A DNA stretch of 64,000 nt from Candidatus Bathyarchaeota archaeon (GTDB lineage: Archaea; Thermoproteota; Bathyarchaeia; Bathyarchaeales; Bathycorpusculaceae), in NCBI GenBank assembly GCA_963767735.1, contig CAVYES010000004.1:384001-448000 (forward strand). Direction: 5' to 3'. Numbering within the stretch: the stretch's first letter is position 1; each line of letters opens with the position of its first letter. The notes under the pieces were generated by a model. That model was given only the letters and a program-made list of their open reading frames with translations. It was not told where the DNA came from and searched no databases. Both the position numbers and the translations under genes were made by a program. Positions 18,811-28,781 of the stretch are shown here, in pieces.

Positions 18811-20874
18811 ATGAACTTGCCCGCCATAGCCTTCACGCAAGAAATGCTTTCTCGTTTTGGCGAGGTTATGCGGAAGGAGTGGCTTATAACCAATGGGCTG
18901 GGCGGTTACTCGTCAAGTACTGTTTTAGGCATAAACACAAGGAAATATCATGGTTTGTTGGTTGCCGCGTTGCATCCGCCAGGCGACCGCACAGTTTGCG
19001 TCTCAAAGCTTGACGAGGATGTTTTGGTGGGTGAAGATGTTTACCAGTTGGGTGCTAACGAGTTTCAGGATGCGATTTACCCACAAGGGTACAAGCTCCT
19101 TAAAACGTTTTCCGTAGCACCTTTCCCCACGTATCTATATGGCTTCAGCAACGTCGAGGTCAATAAAACGGTTTTTGTGCCTAAAAACAAGAACGTTGTC
19201 TCAATAATCTATAAGGTTTCTAACGAGAACGCTGTCGCGGCTAAACTTAGGATTTACCCAATTTTAACGTGCAGATATTTTCACACCGTTACAGATAGAT
19301 TCAAAAATCCTTTTGGTTTCACTCAAAAAAGCGTAGGCAAAGAGTTAGAAGTAGCTTTCCAGCGTCCAGAAGCCACAATGTTGTGTCGCTCAACTGACGG
19401 GGAGTTCAAGGAGAAAATCAACTGGATAGAACACTTATATTATCGCATGGAAGCGTCACGAGGTGAAGCCAGCAGCGATGATTGTTTCCAGCCTGGATAT
19501 TTTGAAGTTGCTGCTCCCACTCAAGAACAAAAAGAGTTTGCGGTCAGCTTCGCCGTAAACCATGAAAACCAAACGGCAAGAGAAGCTCTGGCTTCTGTCG
19601 GAAACACAATCGATGAAATTAATGCTTCTTTGGGCAGAGAATTAACGCAGCAAAGCAATATGCTGGAAAAATTTTACGGTTTACACCCTGAGGTCCCAAT
19701 AAGTGATTGGCTGAACTGGGTTCTTTTAGCTGTAGACTCCTTCATAGTCGATAATGCCTCCGGAGGAAAAGCTGTCATTGCGGGGTATCACTGGTTTGAA
19801 CCATGGGGCAGAGACACCCTCATCTCGTTGCCTGGTCTTATGTTGGTTCCGGGCAGATTTAGCGATGCCAAGGAAATTTTTCAAAATTATATTCAATTCA
19901 GCCGAAATGGGCTTATTCCAAATTTTGTTGGCGATAAGTCGGGTGAGCCAGCCTACAACACTGTTGATGCGACACTTTGGTATGTTAACGCTGTGCTTCA
20001 ATACTTAAAATACACTGGGGACTTCGCGTTTGTTCAAGAAAAGCTTTGGGCGCATCTTCAGGCTATAGTTGATTTTCATGAGCGGGGCACTTTGTTTGGT
20101 ATTCGTTTAGATTATGACGGTTTGCTTATGCATGGTTCAAGGTTAACGTGGATGGATGCAGCGGTAGGCGACAAAGACATTACGCCACGAGCTGGAAAAG
20201 CAGTGGAGATCCAAGCTCTCTGGTACAATACGCTGCGAATAATGCAGTTGCTGGCAAACAAATTCGGCGAGAAAGCTTTAGCTGAAAAATACGCTGCAAT
20301 AGCAGATAAAACCAGCGTCAGCTTTAACGAGAAATTCTGGAACACAAACGCAGGCTACCTCTCTGACGTTCTCGACGGTAACGGCGCCGATGCGTCGCTT
20401 CGCCCCAACCAGATTTTGGCTGTCTCATTGGATTTTAGCATGCTGGATAAAGACAAAGGCGCGCAAGTTGTGGACCTTGTGAATCGTGAGTTGGCAACAC
20501 CCTTCGGATTGCGCACCTTAGCGTTAAGCGACCCAAAGTTCGTCGGCAAATGCTTCGGCGATCGGCTAAGCAGGGACACCGCTTACCACAACGGGACAAT
20601 TTGGCCATGGCTGCTGGGACCATTCATAACGGCATACCTGAAAATCAACGGCTACAGCCCCGAATCGCGGGAGTATGCAATGAAAAATCTTGTTTTTCCC
20701 CTATTCAGCAGCGGAATCAACCAGGCTGGACTGGGCACCTTGAGCGAAATATACGACTGCGACTCACCGAACACCCCAAGAGGCTGCATCTCGCAAGCAT
20801 GGAGTATCGCGGAGCCCCTGAGAGCTTACATAGAAGACGTTCTGCTGATTAAACCAAGATTTCAGTTAACTTAG
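18811..20874 (+). CDS. glycogen debranching enzyme (amylo-alpha-1,6-glucosidase)
   Basis: EWLITNGLGGY, AGYHWF..WGRDT, LTWMDA, RPNQ, YHNGTIWPWL and QAWS motifs. Confidence 0.93.
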   Translation: MNLPAIAFTQEMLSRFGEVMRKEWLITNGLGGYSSSTVLGINTRKYHGLLVAALHPPGDRTVCVSKLDEDVLVGEDVYQLGANEFQDAIYPQGYKLLKTFSVAPFPTYLYGFSNVEVNKTVFVPKNKNVVSIIYKVSNENAVAAKLRIYPILTCRYFHTVTDRFKNPFGFTQKSVGKELEVAFQRPEATMLCRSTDGEFKEKINWIEHLYYRMEASRGEASSDDCFQPGYFEVAAPTQEQKEFAVSFAVNHENQTAREALASVGNTIDEINASLGRELTQQSNMLEKFYGLHPEVPISDWLNWVLLAVDSFIVDNASGGKAVIAGYHWFEPWGRDTLISLPGLMLVPGRFSDAKEIFQNYIQFSRNGLIPNFVGDKSGEPAYNTVDATLWYVNAVLQYLKYTGDFAFVQEKLWAHLQAIVDFHERGTLFGIRLDYDGLLMHGSRLTWMDAAVGDKDITPRAGKAVEIQALWYNTLRIMQLLANKFGEKALAEKYAAIADKTSVSFNEKFWNTNAGYLSDVLDGNGADASLRPNQILAVSLDFSMLDKDKGAQVVDLVNRELATPFGLRTLALSDPKFVGKCFGDRLSRDTAYHNGTIWPWLLGPFITAYLKINGYSPESREYAMKNLVFPLFSSGINQAGLGTLSEIYDCDSPNTPRGCISQAWSIAEPLRAYIEDVLLIKPRFQLT

Positions 20875-21245
20875 CTGGTTTTTGTTTTGGCACGATTGCG
20901 TGTGGTTCCTGACAGTACGCGGAACGGGTTGTGTTGCTATTTACTTAGCCGTGCTGGTTGTTAATAGTGGGGAGGGAGCTCCGTTGCTTAGCCTCCATTT
21001 TTGTGGCTGGATTTTGTCACAAAAATTAGGGACCCCTATCGGTAGCAGTGTTTTGTTCTCTTACACGCTTACCCCCGGTCTGCTAGATGATCCTATTAGA
21101 CGCAAAACATGATTTAACACAGATCAACATAGGCGTAATGCCCGCACTTTGCATGTAGAATTGGTGAAATCGCATGTGCTTTGGCACAATTAACGGGGGC
21201 TTCATTGTTACTAATATGTTTCATAAAGGCTCCGGAGGAAGAGTT

Positions 21246-22526
21246 TTAATGATGGTGTTTTTTGAAGTAGACCAGCAAACCAGCACCAACCACAACCACT
21301 ACTGATGCCACAGAAACAGCAGCGATTGTTGCAGTTGGGAAAGGCTCTGGTTTCGCTACAGTGAAGTTGACTGTTGAAGCGCCGAGGTTTCCAAGTGTGT
21401 CGTTAGCATAGACTGTAATGCTGTGCAAACCGTTAGGAATGTTAATTAGGGTATCGTTGCCGTTTATGGTTATGTTTTGTTTTCCATCCAGACTGTAGCC
21501 TGACCAGTTAACAGGGTTATCTACTGAGAAAATTAAAGGAATAGATGATTCATTGTACTTCTGGTTTAGTGGCGATAAAAGCGATATTTCTGGCGGATTT
21601 GTGTTGAAGGGTTCCATAAGCGGATAGTAGTCAGTATTATTCTCGTATGCTGCGTCTATCGTGCTCCAGTAACTCTTTGCTTCGCTCGTCGTCACGCTTG
21701 AAGGAGCAACGTAGTTAAACGGCTTCACAAAATATTGCATGTTGCCTATTCCCGAATTATCTATCTCGGCAGCATTAGGGTATAACATCTTGTAGTTGCT
21801 CCAGTAGTTTCCACCATTGGGAAAGCCATCATCCCAAATGTTTACAGAGATTGATACGTCTCCATACTCGCTATCTTCCAATAGATATGTATTGTTGATG
21901 AAGTTGTTATGGTAAAAGATAATGTGTGAAGCCCCCGAAAAGCTGAGTGCGGACGTAATTATTTCTGTATAATTAGGATTGGATGTGTCTGTTATGTTGT
22001 TTCCAACAATTAAGTTATTTTTGGTTTCGCTAAGTGACAGGCCAAAGTAGTTGTTTACCACATTATTTCCAATTATGAAGTTTGAACTCCCGCCTGAGAC
22101 TTCGATTGCACCCGTGTTTGCGCCATTAAGTAGTAAATACCACTCGACAGATGTATCTGTTACTGTATTATCGGCTATTACGGAATTTGATGTATCGTCT
22201 AATTCAATGCCAACTGCGGTATCTGTGATGGTTAAGTTTTTCAAGGTCACATTTGACACGTTATTCATAGAAAATTCGCCTTTAAGCGTGTCTCCGTTTC
22301 CATCAACTACAGTGTTATTTCTCTCCACGGTTATGCTTCCACTCATGTTGCTTGTCAAAGTATAGATATTGCCAACCTGCTGAATGGGTGCTGTTGAGGG
22401 AGTTATGCTGCCGTCTGCATTGATGGTTATGCTCCCTTGATATTGAGCTTTAACGGGTCGAACGCAAACCACACTTAGAGCCATCAGCAAAACGAGAATT
22501 GAGGCGACGATGGCGGCTTTTTTCAT
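21246..22526 (-). CDS. secreted NosD-like parallel beta-helix protein with Ig-like domain and C-terminal membrane anchor
   Basis: Signal peptide, N-rich repeats, GGNYWS and DYYPL motifs, YSLDG Ig-like segment, TM helix followed by KKHHH. Confidence 0.85.
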   Translation of the reverse strand: MKKAAIVASILVLLMALSVVCVRPVKAQYQGSITINADGSITPSTAPIQQVGNIYTLTSNMSGSITVERNNTVVDGNGDTLKGEFSMNNVSNVTLKNLTITDTAVGIELDDTSNSVIADNTVTDTSVEWYLLLNGANTGAIEVSGGSSNFIIGNNVVNNYFGLSLSETKNNLIVGNNITDTSNPNYTEIITSALSFSGASHIIFYHNNFINNTYLLEDSEYGDVSISVNIWDDGFPNGGNYWSNYKMLYPNAAEIDNSGIGNMQYFVKPFNYVAPSSVTTSEAKSYWSTIDAAYENNTDYYPLMEPFNTNPPEISLLSPLNQKYNESSIPLIFSVDNPVNWSGYSLDGKQNITINGNDTLINIPNGLHSITVYANDTLGNLGASTVNFTVAKPEPFPTATIAAVSVASVVVVVGAGLLVYFKKHHH

Positions 22527-22531
22527 GTTCT

Positions 22532-23410
22532 TTACCTCTTAGTTATTATTTTATGAGTTGTAGGCTTGCGTATTTTGAAGTAGACCAACAAACCCGCACC
22601 CACAGCCACTGCTACTGCACTTGAAACAGTAGCAATAGGTAAAGTTGGAAAAGGTAATGCCTTCAGTACATTTGATACAGTAATTGTGAAATTCATTGGT
22701 TGCGAAGCGCCCATATTTCCAATTGTATCATTAGCAAATATAGTTAAACTGTGCTGACTCTCACTTAATCCTGTTAACGTCGTGTTTCCAACGATTGTAA
22801 CATTGCTTTTATTGTCTAAGCTGTAGCCTATCCAAGAGGTTGTTTTATCAATGGTGAAGTCTAAGGGTATTGAACTCAAAGATATGTTCGCTACTTCATA
22901 GCTTTCATTTTGAGGAGACAAAATAAGGACGTTTGGAGGAGAAAAATTATAAACTGAAAAGTAGACGGGAGCAAGCGATACGTTCCAGGGAAAAATTCCA
23001 TCATCATCAACATTGCAAATTCCACTTGCAGATATTGTGAGTTCATGTTTTCCATTCGTTAAATTAGAAATATTCACAATGGTGCTTGCACATATTGGAA
23101 CTATCTCCCAACTATATTGAAAATTAATTGTGCCGTCCGACGTGAAGATTGTTGATGACCTTTCATCATCTATACTGTAACTAATTGCCGCCGTCATCCA
23201 AGGTATAGGGGCATTCTGACTTAAGTTTACTGTAAAGTTCAAAGCCATAGTGCCTGCGTAAGTTGTGTTACTGTTTGGACTTGTAATAATTAACTGACCT
23301 TTAACATTCGTGTAATTTGTGTCTGCTCTTACTCTAATAGGCAGCAATACAACCGATGCCATTAGGAAGGCGAAAACAAGCATTAATTCGAAACCTTTAC
23401 GCATACTCAT
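22532..23410 (-). CDS. surface protein with two Ig-like domains and membrane anchor
   Basis: Signal peptide, two SP.N..Y/YS.D repeats, C-terminal TM similar to the neighbouring gene. Confidence 0.8.
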   Translation of the reverse strand: MSMRKGFELMLVFAFLMASVVLLPIRVRADTNYTNVKGQLIITSPNSNTTYAGTMALNFTVNLSQNAPIPWMTAAISYSIDDERSSTIFTSDGTINFQYSWEIVPICASTIVNISNLTNGKHELTISASGICNVDDDGIFPWNVSLAPVYFSVYNFSPPNVLILSPQNESYEVANISLSSIPLDFTIDKTTSWIGYSLDNKSNVTIVGNTTLTGLSESQHSLTIFANDTIGNMGASQPMNFTITVSNVLKALPFPTLPIATVSSAVAVAVGAGLLVYFKIRKPTTHKIITKR

Positions 23411-23504
23411 CCAACTTTAGCTGAGAAATGGATTGCGATAAAAGAGTTTTTGTCATGGTTTCTGGACTAAGCGCCTATTTTTTAGTCCAGATTTCTTGAC
23501 TAAG
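23405..23504. repeat. ~100-bp promoter module with GACTAA boxes, copy A
   Basis: Aligns with 25466-25564; contains TCTGGACTAA-N11-TTAGTCCAGA followed by TTTCTTGACTAA. Confidence 0.8.
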
Positions 23505-23621
23505 TTTAGGGCGCTGGTTGTCCCTAAAATTTTAATGCCCCTGCAAAGGTGATTTTATTAAAGATGATCTTGGGAAGATGGCAGATGTGAAGAAACTGTT
23601 AAGTGCGTTTCAATCGGTTCC

Positions 23622-25310
23622 CTAAGAGCCTTTGTCTTTCTTTCCTTTTACTACGAACATAAGGGCAGCTACAACAATTGCTGCGATTGCTAAGCCAGCT
23701 ACTACTCCATAGATTGCTTCTTGAAGTAAACTTGGCTGCGGTGTAGGGCTGTGAGAAGGCACTGGCGTGATGTTTGGGGTTGTGGTGAATACGATTGATA
23801 TTTGGTGTGTGCTGAATTGGGTTGTGTACCATACGTAGTAGTTGTTGCTGTCTTGTGTGTAGCCTTGGTTTGGCGCAATTTGGCCGTCAATGTAGATTGT
23901 CGGCGTGGTTCCATAAGTTACTGCGCTTATCGGGATGGTTATGTTGCCGAAGCCTATGGTGCCGCTTTCCCCTGTCACGGTAAAAGACAACGTTGTTGAT
24001 GCGGTAGACTGGTCTGTTGCGATTGTGACGTTGGACATTTGAGAGCTGGTTATGTTTCCGCTGATTGAAAGGTCCACTGTTGCGCCGCTTTCTGTTGTCG
24101 CGGGCACAACGGTTGCTAACGGCGTTGGAGATGGTGTTTGAGTTGTCGTGGGAGTAGCTGTAGGAACGGGCAAGGAAGGAACGCCCAAAGCATAAACGTT
24201 GCCGTCAAATGAGCCTACGTAAAGTACGCCGTTGACAATAGCGGGAGACGAATAGACATTGCCGCGGGTGGTGTAATTCCAAAGTGGGATGCCGTTAGCA
24301 GCGTTCAAGGCATAAACGTTGTCGTCCTCGGAGCCGACGTAAACTACTCCGCCGACAACAGCAGGAGATGAATCGATCCCGCTACCGGTGGTGTAGTTCC
24401 AGAGTTTGGCGCCAGTAGCAGCATTCAAAGCGTAAACATTGCCGTCACCGGAGCCGACGTAGACTACGCCATCTACAACTGCAGGAGACGAATCAACCTC
24501 GCCACCCGTGGTGTACCTCCAAATTGGGAGACCGTTGGCAGCATTCAAGGCATAAACGTCACCGTTGGTGGCGCTTGCATAGACTAAGCCGCCGACAACC
24601 GCTGGAGACGAAATAATATAGCTGCCAGTATTGTAGTTCCAGATTTGGGCTCCGGTGGCAGCGTTTAAAGCGTAAATGTTGTCGTCACCTGAGCCTACGT
24701 AGACTGCGCCATCTACAACCGCAGGAGACGAAACAACTTGGTTGCCAGTGGTGTAGTTCCAGATTTGGGCGCCGTTTGCGGCGTTTAAAGCATAAACCTT
24801 GCCGTTCTCAGAGCCTATGTAGATTACGCCGTTGACAACCGCAGGAGACGAAATCCCCCAGCTGCCAGAGGCTCCGCCATCGTTGCTACTCCAAAGTTTG
24901 TCGCCGTTTGCAGCGTTTAAAGCATAAACGTTGCCGTCATCGCAGCCGACGTAGACTACTCCATCTACAACCGCAGGAGACGACATAACCCAGTTCACGG
25001 GAATCGAGAAAGCGTTGGAGCCAGTAATGTAACTCCAGATTTGGGTGCCGCTATAGGCGTTTAAAGCGTAAACGTTACAGTCCTTTGAGCCAATGTAGAC
25101 TACGCCGTTGACAACGGCAGGAGACGAAGCAACCTCATTACCCGTGGAGAAATTCCAAAGCAGCGTTGAGGTCAGCACTGGATTGCCTGATCCTGCGCCG
25201 CTGTGAGATGGATCCGCATGGAACATTGTCCAGTCAGCGTTGGCAAACGGAATCAAAACTACGCTGGAAATAAAAATTATGCAAACTAATGCCCCGACGG
25301 TTTTTTTCAC
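23622..25310 (-). CDS. PQQ-type 8-repeat beta-propeller surface protein with extra C-terminal domain and anchor
   Basis: Eight SSPAVV.GVVYVGS.D.NVYALNA..G...W repeats, PT-rich linker, C-terminal TM. Confidence 0.9.
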   Translation of the reverse strand: MKKTVGALVCIIFISSVVLIPFANADWTMFHADPSHSGAGSGNPVLTSTLLWNFSTGNEVASSPAVVNGVVYIGSKDCNVYALNAYSGTQIWSYITGSNAFSIPVNWVMSSPAVVDGVVYVGCDDGNVYALNAANGDKLWSSNDGGASGSWGISSPAVVNGVIYIGSENGKVYALNAANGAQIWNYTTGNQVVSSPAVVDGAVYVGSGDDNIYALNAATGAQIWNYNTGSYIISSPAVVGGLVYASATNGDVYALNAANGLPIWRYTTGGEVDSSPAVVDGVVYVGSGDGNVYALNAATGAKLWNYTTGSGIDSSPAVVGGVVYVGSEDDNVYALNAANGIPLWNYTTRGNVYSSPAIVNGVLYVGSFDGNVYALGVPSLPVPTATPTTTQTPSPTPLATVVPATTESGATVDLSISGNITSSQMSNVTIATDQSTASTTLSFTVTGESGTIGFGNITIPISAVTYGTTPTIYIDGQIAPNQGYTQDSNNYYVWYTTQFSTHQISIVFTTTPNITPVPSHSPTPQPSLLQEAIYGVVAGLAIAAIVVAALMFVVKGKKDKGS

Positions 25311-25462
25311 GGGATTTCTCCCTCAATTTTGCGGTGATTCGTAGGTGGTTTAGCTTTCAGAGAATTTTCGGTTACATCGTCGGAAGACAACGCAGGCTTA
25401 GCAACAATTACGCACGGTACAGTTTGGAAGACGACAGCAAGCACTAAGTCGAGACTTTTCAC
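25307..25462 (-). pseudogene. 51-codon relic of a secreted-protein N-terminus
   Basis: MKSLDLVLAVVFQTVPCVIVAKPALSSDDVTENSLKAKPP...; decayed signal peptide lying between promoter copy B and the PQQ gene. Confidence 0.4.
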
Positions 25463-25465
25463 TCA

Positions 25466-25564
25466 ACTCATCCAACTTTAACTAAGCAATAGTTAGCGAT
25501 AAAAGGTTTTTTGTACGTGTTTCTTGACTAACTCCTATTTTTTACTGCAGATTTCTTGACTAAG
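25466..25564. repeat. ~100-bp promoter module with GACTAA boxes, copy B
   Basis: actcatccaacttta...gcgataaaag...tttcttgactaa...cctattttttta...cagatttcttgactaag shared with copy A. Confidence 0.8.
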
Positions 25565-25655
25565 CGCGGTCAACCTTTGGTTAAGGTTTCGCTTAATCAT
25601 GAGGTTAAATTTTCTAGCAAAGTTTTAAGCATTTCAATGTCATACTGTAAGGCGG

Positions 25656-26937
25656 TTGAGAGAAGTGCCTGATGCTAAGGAAGAGATTTACTCAACTATG
25701 TTCCGTTCACTTAAGCATCCTGTACGCCGCAAGATACTTCATATACTTTCAGAAAAGACGCAGACTTTTTCTGAAATGCTTGATTTGCTGGGCGTTTCCA
25801 GTTCCAATTTAACTTATCATCTTGAAAGCTTAGGCGAACTTGTAACTCAGGAGAATGGCGTTTATAAGCTATCGACTTTCGGTTCGGCTGCCGCCAATAC
25901 AATGAGGATTGTGGAAGAGGCACCTGAAATTCAGCCGAGGAAACGCGCTTTATCGTTGAAGTGGAAGACCGCTGTCGCTGTCTCGCTTATTGCACTGGTT
26001 CTTGTGGCAAGCGTGCGTGACGATTTGGCAGTTTAATGCTTTGAATGAGGCATCTAACCAGAGTAATGCTTTGCAATCAAAGTATAATCAATTGTTATCT
26101 TGGACTCAGATCACAAATATGGCGATAAATTTTCTGCAGCAGGTTACGCAAATTGACACTTCCCACTACCAAGCGACTTTGGTAAGCGACGCTGTGGATG
26201 AGCCTTCAGATTTAGGCGGCATATTAGAGCAGACCATGATGTATTCGCTTACAAGCAACGACAGCAAAATGGACGTTTACTTCAGGTTCAGAAGCAACGA
26301 GTTATCATGGTACCAGATTGTACCGCTGGAGGGTTCACCCGCTTATTCTCAACCTCAGCCAAACAGCGCTCTGGATGCTGCAAAGGGCTTGCTTTTGAGG
26401 TTCACGAGTTATGAGAATGCGTCTTACCTTGGAAACATGAGCAGCATGCTATCGTCAGTTAGCAACTCAATGCAAAACATGCAAATCACGGAGGGCAACA
26501 ACAAGTTGAATGTAACTGTATCCGGAGCCACCACGCAAATAGTGATAATGTACACTGAGAACGGAGTGGATTTTTCGCCTAAATGCGTGAGCTTAACTTT
26601 TATGAACAACAATTTAATGGACTTCATCGATGACTATTACTTATTCACGATAGGAAGCACCACAGTCAACATTTCCATAGACCAAGCCATTCAACTCGCA
26701 ACAAACGCAGTAAAAGGCTACAGCTGGACCGCAAACGGCACAACGGTCTCAAATTTCACCGTTCTTTCAGAGCCCGTCTCCGTTGTTTTTCACCCGAACA
26801 CCAAAAACGGGTTAGCGTTGTACCCCCAGTGGACCGTCACGCTTGACCTTAACAAAGTTTACCCAGGCGGCGTAGACAGCATAACCGTTGAAATATGGGC
26901 AGACACGGGAGACATAGCCCAAATACAAAACGGCTGA
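25656..26937 (+). pseudogene. membrane-anchored wHTH regulator (wHTH-TM-extracellular domain) split by a 4-bp duplication
   Basis: ORFs 25656-26036 (SLKHPVRRKIL wHTH + TM) and 25990-26937 join in frame if one CGTG at 26012-26019 is removed. Confidence 0.75.
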
Positions 26938-27056
26938 CCACCGCACGATGATTGGGAAATGTTAAACAGTGGGGGTCAACAAGCAGCCGTTCTCGTAAGC
27001 GCAGTTTAAACCCACTAAATACCGAAAAAACTGCAGTTCTGGAAGAAACTTGAAAT

Positions 27057-28097
27057 TTAGGGTTTTATTGCTTTTTTGAAGCTGTCAGCGGCTGTTTCAG
27101 GCGTTACAGTGTTTATGTATGTTCCTGTGCTTATTTCGAATCCTGCCCAAATAGACAGTTTAGGGTAAACTTCCAGGTGCCAATGGTAGTAGTCTTGGGC
27201 TTCTTGGTTTATGGCTAAGTGGAGACCGTAATTGTACGGTGGATCATTCACTAAATCCTTTAAGCCTTTGAGGCTTGTTTTGAGGGTTTTAGCGAACGCT
27301 GCCACTTCAGCATCATCCAAGTCCAAGATGTTGGCGGCGTGTTTTCTGGGCATAATCCAGAACTCCATCGGGTTAATGCTTGCGTAAGGAGCGAAGACAA
27401 CAAAATCTGAATCTTCACAAATAAGCCTTGGACCTTTTGATTCTTGCTCGATCATGTCGCAAAAAACGCACTTACCCTCTTCGGCGTAGAAGTTTTTACT
27501 TGCATCCATCTCTTCTTGAACTATTACAGGAATAACGGGTGTTGCGATTACTTGACTGTGTGCATGAGAAAGCGAGGCGCCAGCTTCTTTACCGTAATTT
27601 CTGAAAATCGAAACGTATTTGACGTATGGTTTTGCGCTTAACTCTCTGAGCCTATCAACGTAAGCATGGATGACCAGTTCCAACTGGGGCAGTTCTGCGT
27701 CAGCTGGGTCCTCATCATGATTTGGAGACTCAACTATAACCTCATGATTACCAATCGCGTAGCCAAAGCATTCATCCTTTAGGATTTGAATTTCATCTTG
27801 GGGTTGTTTGGGTGGACCGAAGGCTGGGAAAAGATTCGGGATGCAGCGGACAAGCCAGTTTTTGGGGCGTTCGCCAACCAGCGGATCTTTAGCCGTTTTT
27901 ATTTCGCCGTTCTCTTTCAAGTACAGCATTATGGCTGGCGGAGTCATGTTCTCGTTGCCAACGCACAGCGGACAAACTGCGCTTTCGGCAATTTCAGTTT
28001 TTTGTTTAGCAAAATCGGTGGGTCTTCGACTTCGCTCTGTCGCAATGACGACCCAGCGGTTTAGTAAGTAATCCTTTCTCAATTCATTGTATGGCAT
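27057..28097 (-). CDS. galT: galactose-1-phosphate uridylyltransferase (GalT family)
   Basis: RSRRP, CPLC.GNE, PNLFPA, GASLSHAHSQ and HWHLE motifs. Confidence 0.93.
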   Translation of the reverse strand: MPYNELRKDYLLNRWVVIATERSRRPTDFAKQKTEIAESAVCPLCVGNENMTPPAIMLYLKENGEIKTAKDPLVGERPKNWLVRCIPNLFPAFGPPKQPQDEIQILKDECFGYAIGNHEVIVESPNHDEDPADAELPQLELVIHAYVDRLRELSAKPYVKYVSIFRNYGKEAGASLSHAHSQVIATPVIPVIVQEEMDASKNFYAEEGKCVFCDMIEQESKGPRLICEDSDFVVFAPYASINPMEFWIMPRKHAANILDLDDAEVAAFAKTLKTSLKGLKDLVNDPPYNYGLHLAINQEAQDYYHWHLEVYPKLSIWAGFEISTGTYINTVTPETAADSFKKAIKP

Positions 28098-28218
28098 CTG
28101 TTAAGCACTCAGACAAACAAAGGCGTATAGCATAAAAAAGCTTTGTTTCCAAAAGCAGAAAAACAAAGAATGTGCTGACTCGAAAAGTCTATGAGCTTCA
28201 ACGACGAATTAAGCTTAG

Positions 28219-28710
28219 ATGACCATGATAACAAAAATTCTTGTCGGTGTAGACGGCTCTGAAAATTCAGCGAAAGCTTTAGATTATGCTCTTGAAATCG
28301 CGGACAAGTTTTCCGCCTCTGTTTTGATAATTAACGTTTTTCAGCCGCCTCCAGAGTTTGGATATCAAATCAACACATTTCAACAGTATCCATCGTCGGC
28401 GTACCCTCAAAGACAAATAGGTTACCTGCCAAACATGGAATCCGTCCTCAATGAACTAAGAAAGCTGCATGAAACAATACTATCCAAAGCCCAAGAGAAA
28501 GCAACCAAACAAAAACCCGCCGTTAAAATCACCGCCGAACTCAAAGAAGGGTACTCGCCGTCAAAGATAATTGAGGCTGCTGCAGAAGAGGAAGTTGACT
28601 TAATAGTCTTAGGCCATAGGGGAGACAGCCAAATCAAAGAACTCTTCCTTGGCAGCACAAGCGAAAGAGTCGCCCATCAAGCAAAATGCACCGTGCTAAT
28701 TGCCAAATGA
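28219..28710 (+). CDS. universal stress protein
   Basis: KILVGVDGS, DLIVLGHRG and FLGSTSERV motifs. Confidence 0.93.
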   Translation: MTMITKILVGVDGSENSAKALDYALEIADKFSASVLIINVFQPPPEFGYQINTFQQYPSSAYPQRQIGYLPNMESVLNELRKLHETILSKAQEKATKQKPAVKITAELKEGYSPSKIIEAAAEEEVDLIVLGHRGDSQIKELFLGSTSERVAHQAKCTVLIAK

Positions 28711-28781
28711 AACCGCGATTACTGAAAATAACTTGGGGTTCTCCAGTTTGGCTGAAAACTTTCTTGAGAAGTTTTACCTAT

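Noticed and set aside
20882-21240. 76-aa ORF and possible RNA or mobile-element relic after the debranching enzyme
   Set aside because: No motif, only short stems, no terminal repeats or transposase remnant recognised.
24180-25160. Regular ~120-bp repeats resembling a CRISPR array
   Set aside because: They are in-frame PQQ-propeller coding repeats with degenerate third positions; no cas genes are present.
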